Of a stretch of DNA of 64,000 bases, positions 60,828 to 64,000 are shown piece after piece. Positions within the stretch are counted from its first letter, which is position 1; each line of letters starts with the position of its first letter. Position numbers and translations under genes: made by a program. The notes below the pieces were generated by a model that searched no databases, was not told where the DNA came from, and was given only the letters and a program-made list of their open reading frames with translations. This DNA is from Candidatus Thorarchaeota archaeon. GTDB lineage: Archaea; Asgardarchaeota; Thorarchaeia; Thorarchaeales; Thorarchaeaceae. The stretch spans positions 96,001 through 160,000 of the forward strand of contig JAFGAR010000101.1 of assembly GCA_016933575.1 (NCBI GenBank), read 5' to 3'.

Positions 60828-61826
60828 CTAAGGGAAAAGGGGTGGAAATAGAGTTTCCAAATAATCGAGAGCAATTTGGAACAATGATCCTACGAAATCA
60901 AGCACCATCTCCCAGAAGAACAAAGTCCAGGCTAATACCAATAGAAAGAGAATTCCTCCAATGAAAATACCCTTATCTTTGATTGCCAGATGGGGCTTTC
61001 TTCCAACCGGGCTTCCGATGTGAATTAAGTAAACGTATCTTAAGATTAATCCTGCAAGGATTGGAACTGTAAGCATTACAGGTTGTTGTTCCATCCGCTC
61101 TGCAAAGTTATTGTAGCAATAGAGTGTGTAGAATATTACAAACCATGTTGCAGACATAGAAATCCCATGATCAAGTATGGTGTCTGTGTATTGTGTAAAG
61201 ACGGGTTTGTGTGTGACAGCATCTTTACCTAAGTACTGCAATTCGTTCTTACGTTTACCAAATCCGAGTACTAGTGCAAAGAAAAACACTCCAATGACAA
61301 GCCATGATGTGAATGGAATTCTTAGCAGAACTGCTCCGGATATTGCTCTAATTACGAATCCAACAGCAATCGTTACTACATCAATAATTGCCCATTTTCT
61401 AAGATATGCATTATAGAGTTGTGAAGTAATTATGTATAAGATAACTAAGATAAAGAAAATCCAGTAAAGAATGAAGGAAAGAAAAAGACCTCCTGCTAGA
61501 AGAATAACTGCGAATAATTTTGCTGTACTTCTCTGGATTGCTCCAGAAGGCAATGGTCTATTCCTCTTCTCTGGATGAGCCGCATCTGCTTCTAAATCTT
61601 GGATATCATTAAGAATATATGTTGCACTTGAAACAGCACAGAAGGCCAAAAATCCTAGAATTAGTGGCAAGTGGAGGGAATAGAATCTTGTGAAATCCAG
61701 AATTGGTGGAGTTTCAATCCATGGATATACTTGAGGTACTTGATAAAATACGATTGCCAAGAAAACAAGTAAATTCTTGTACCACTGAGCAGGTCTCATC
61801 AATCTGATAAAGTCACTAGCAGCCAT
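60828..61826 (-). CDS. UbiA-superfamily polyprenyl-phosphate phosphoribosyltransferase (DPPR synthase-like)
   Basis: RP.QW.KN, YILND..D.EAD..HP.KR.RP..SG, KR..EL, RY; these motifs match the Rv3806c-type clade. Confidence 0.85.
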   Translation of the reverse strand: MAASDFIRLMRPAQWYKNLLVFLAIVFYQVPQVYPWIETPPILDFTRFYSLHLPLILGFLAFCAVSSATYILNDIQDLEADAAHPEKRNRPLPSGAIQRSTAKLFAVILLAGGLFLSFILYWIFFILVILYIITSQLYNAYLRKWAIIDVVTIAVGFVIRAISGAVLLRIPFTSWLVIGVFFFALVLGFGKRKNELQYLGKDAVTHKPVFTQYTDTILDHGISMSATWFVIFYTLYCYNNFAERMEQQPVMLTVPILAGLILRYVYLIHIGSPVGRKPHLAIKDKGIFIGGILFLLVLAWTLFFWEMVLDFVGSLFQIALDYLETLFPPLFP

Positions 61827-61841
61827 TCTGGATTCTCCTAT

Positions 61842-62921
61842 TTATTCTGTATACGAATTCCAAAGAGCACCCCATTCAGTTTCCTCGAGGAACCATTTGA
61901 CCCATTTCTTACCCTTCAAAGGAAGCCAAATTCCATCATGATAGAGACCTGAAAGCTGTGTCGGAAGCCACATCAATGGTGACTTAAACAAGAATGTTTC
62001 CATCCCCGGGAATTTTAAGAAACCACGATTCCATGTAATAACAGGGCTCTTTCCTGTACTAAGATGGAAGTTAGGGAGATCTTCCCATGATTCAAAATCA
62101 CCCACGATTTCAATCTTTTCTGGATCAGACTCTCCTAGTCCCAAGTCTTTAGCAATTCGAAGTTTATGAACAAGTCTTTGATCAATGCCCATTAGACGTG
62201 TTTGGACCGTATCTGCTGCGACCATATCGCTGGTAGCTATAAGCACGTTGCCAACCTTAGGAATCATAGTTCTTGGGCCTGCGCCATCTCCAATGATCGT
62301 ACCATCAGTCAAGACATATTCAGAATGCGAGATTGTTTGTTGCAAGAGTAGTAAGTCCACAAGTACTTCATGGATCTTAAGATGTGCAAGATGTCTATTC
62401 TTTGTCAGATAGAGCCCAAATGAGTCCTTTAATGCACCCGTCATCTGAGTGTGTCCATGCGTCTTGACTGTTGGAAGATGGATAATATTCGTACCAAAGA
62501 TTTCCTTTGGTGCAATCGTTTCACCAAAGATGTCCTTCAGGACAAGTGTTTTTTTAGGCAAGTCAACATCGACATAGGTTGCATTGATTAGTGGCAGAAA
62601 CTTGATTCCATGTTTCTTGATTACTGGATACCAGTTATTATTCCTAACTCCCGCGAATATGTTTGTTACAACTGTTTCGTTCTCAACAGCTTGGATTTTC
62701 CGATTGTCAAAACCATCCGCAATTAATTTTCTAAGTAGCCCATCAAAGATGTAGGGATTAGTCGAACACGCTGGATACAATTTGCTCCAAGACAGGTTCA
62801 ATTTGATAGTTGTGGCGACATCTTTCGATACGAACTTATCATAATCTGATAAGTCCATGACCCTAGCTATATCATCAAATATTGTCTTTGGATTTGTTTT
62901 AACAACAGCAACCTTTGGCAT
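61842..62921 (-). CDS. DUF362 domain protein
   Basis: IK.NLSW, HLPTVKTH..T.MTGALK..FG, DG...G.G.GP, D.VA.D, GLG. Confidence 0.85.
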   Translation of the reverse strand: MPKVAVVKTNPKTIFDDIARVMDLSDYDKFVSKDVATTIKLNLSWSKLYPACSTNPYIFDGLLRKLIADGFDNRKIQAVENETVVTNIFAGVRNNNWYPVIKKHGIKFLPLINATYVDVDLPKKTLVLKDIFGETIAPKEIFGTNIIHLPTVKTHGHTQMTGALKDSFGLYLTKNRHLAHLKIHEVLVDLLLLQQTISHSEYVLTDGTIIGDGAGPRTMIPKVGNVLIATSDMVAADTVQTRLMGIDQRLVHKLRIAKDLGLGESDPEKIEIVGDFESWEDLPNFHLSTGKSPVITWNRGFLKFPGMETFLFKSPLMWLPTQLSGLYHDGIWLPLKGKKWVKWFLEETEWGALWNSYTE

Positions 62922-63056
62922 TATGGAATCAACTCAGTATGATGCATTGGGTCTATGTGCTGTTGTTTTCATCAAGTTCTTCTTAATAACTTGACTCAAT
63001 GGTTACCTTTGTACTATTGCTCCAAACTTCATCTATTGGACTTTGTCATGAATTTC

Positions 63057-63899
63057 CTAAAGACTCAGTAACTCAGTAGATAATTCAGACCCAAGTCGAA
63101 CAATTTTAGGTCTAACGCGAGGACCATAAGTAGCACTAAAAATACTAATCAATCGATCATTGAAGAATAGCCTGTATCCTTCGGGAAATACTTCATGAGC
63201 GCGAAACATCTTCTTAGCGTCAATATCTTTCATGAATCTATTGAAAGCCTCAGCACCATAGGTACGAGCTCTATCACTTCTCATGTTGGGTCTAAATTTG
63301 AAATCATTGTCTTGGGGGTCATTCCAGACTATCTGAAAGATTACATCATCAGGAAAATTCGGATTTCTTCTGTTTCTACTCTGTATCTCTTCAATAGTAG
63401 AGATTCCTTCTGGAATACCACCATGACATGCAAAGATAGACTTCTCATGATAGCATGCAATTGGAAGTATTTCAAACACTCTCGAATAGTGTTTGAATAA
63501 ATCAAAAGAATAGACACGAGTGACCTCATTATAGAAACCATAACGAGCAGCAACATCATCGGATTCATGGTTACCCCTGAGCATTGTGACTCTTGATGGA
63601 GAAACCAACAACAATGACATGACAAGATTGAAAGTTTCAATTTGATTAGGTCCTCGATCAGCATAGTCGCCAAGGAAGACAAAATGATGCTTCTCGTATT
63701 TTTCCATGTATCTTTTTACTGAGAGTGCGCAATCAAGTTCGCCATGAAGGTCACCTACAAATATCACATTCTTGTCAGGGATATCCACAACATTTGGACT
63801 CTCTCGATACTGATCTTGAACTAATCCAGACAAGTGCCATATTTCATCTCTCGAAAGATTGGTCTTTCCATTGAGTACAGCACTTACGGTTTCGTCCAT
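63057..63899 (-). CDS. PPP-family Ser/Thr protein phosphatase
   Basis: GDLHG, GDYADRG, LRGNHE, HGGI, WNDP, RAHE, SIFSA.Y. Confidence 0.93.
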   Translation of the reverse strand: MDETVSAVLNGKTNLSRDEIWHLSGLVQDQYRESPNVVDIPDKNVIFVGDLHGELDCALSVKRYMEKYEKHHFVFLGDYADRGPNQIETFNLVMSLLLVSPSRVTMLRGNHESDDVAARYGFYNEVTRVYSFDLFKHYSRVFEILPIACYHEKSIFACHGGIPEGISTIEEIQSRNRRNPNFPDDVIFQIVWNDPQDNDFKFRPNMRSDRARTYGAEAFNRFMKDIDAKKMFRAHEVFPEGYRLFFNDRLISIFSATYGPRVRPKIVRLGSELSTELLSL

Positions 63900-63909
63900 A
63901 TCATTACAC

Positions 63910-63999
63910 CTATTCCCAACCTAGAACCTTGACAATGATATCTAATGCCTCTTCGGGTGTTTTTGCTGAATGGACAATATCGTTTCTTCTCTCATCGAT
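63910..63999 (-). CDS. C-terminal end of an upstream gene, probably LOG/TIGR00725 family (truncated by the window)
   Basis: IDERRNDIVHSAKTPEEALDIIVKVLGWE*; stop 10 nt before the phosphatase ATG. Confidence 0.5.
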   Translation of the reverse strand: MDERRNDIVHSAKTPEEALDIIVKVLGWE

Positions 64000-64000
64000 T

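Noticed and set aside
214-63682. Numerous 60-170 aa ORFs antisense to or overlapping long genes (e.g. 15006-15512, 25033-25530, 51529-51990)
   Set aside because: They are shadow frames of well-supported genes and have no recognisable motifs.

Overview
Gene-dense, roughly 40% GC archaeal chromosomal segment, most likely from an Asgard archaeon of the Thorarchaeota type. This is inferred from archaeal-type ThrRS and TyrRS, TATA-like promoters with short leaders, NosD/CASH surface paralogues, an LRR protein, a longin/roadblock-like tail and giant Ig-repeat membrane proteins. I see no rRNA, tRNA, CRISPR array or transposase. The left half (1-32.6 kb) is mostly heterotrophic and amino-acid metabolism: an SCP2 + FAD oxidase + CCG Fe-S operon, an Eis-like GNAT, ferredoxins, DsrE, a disulfide reductase, thiolase, thrS, a saccharopine/lysine dehydrogenase, threonine dehydratase, SDR threonine dehydrogenase, ppdK and a PLP enzyme. 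The right half (32.9-63 kb) is a cell-surface locus. It holds a LamG/Ig-TM-longin-like protein with LRR and Zn-ribbon neighbours, a membrane-anchored metzincin, and two translationally coupled ~2600-aa paralogous type-I membrane proteins with conserved cytoplasmic tails. Beyond tyrS lie a DUF362-UbiA(DPPR synthase-like)-PHP-flippase operon and a PPP phosphatase. Two intergenic structured elements share an 8-nt motif, and an unannotated NosD-family gene remnant lies at 14561-14740. All family assignments come from motif recognition by eye; no searches were run.
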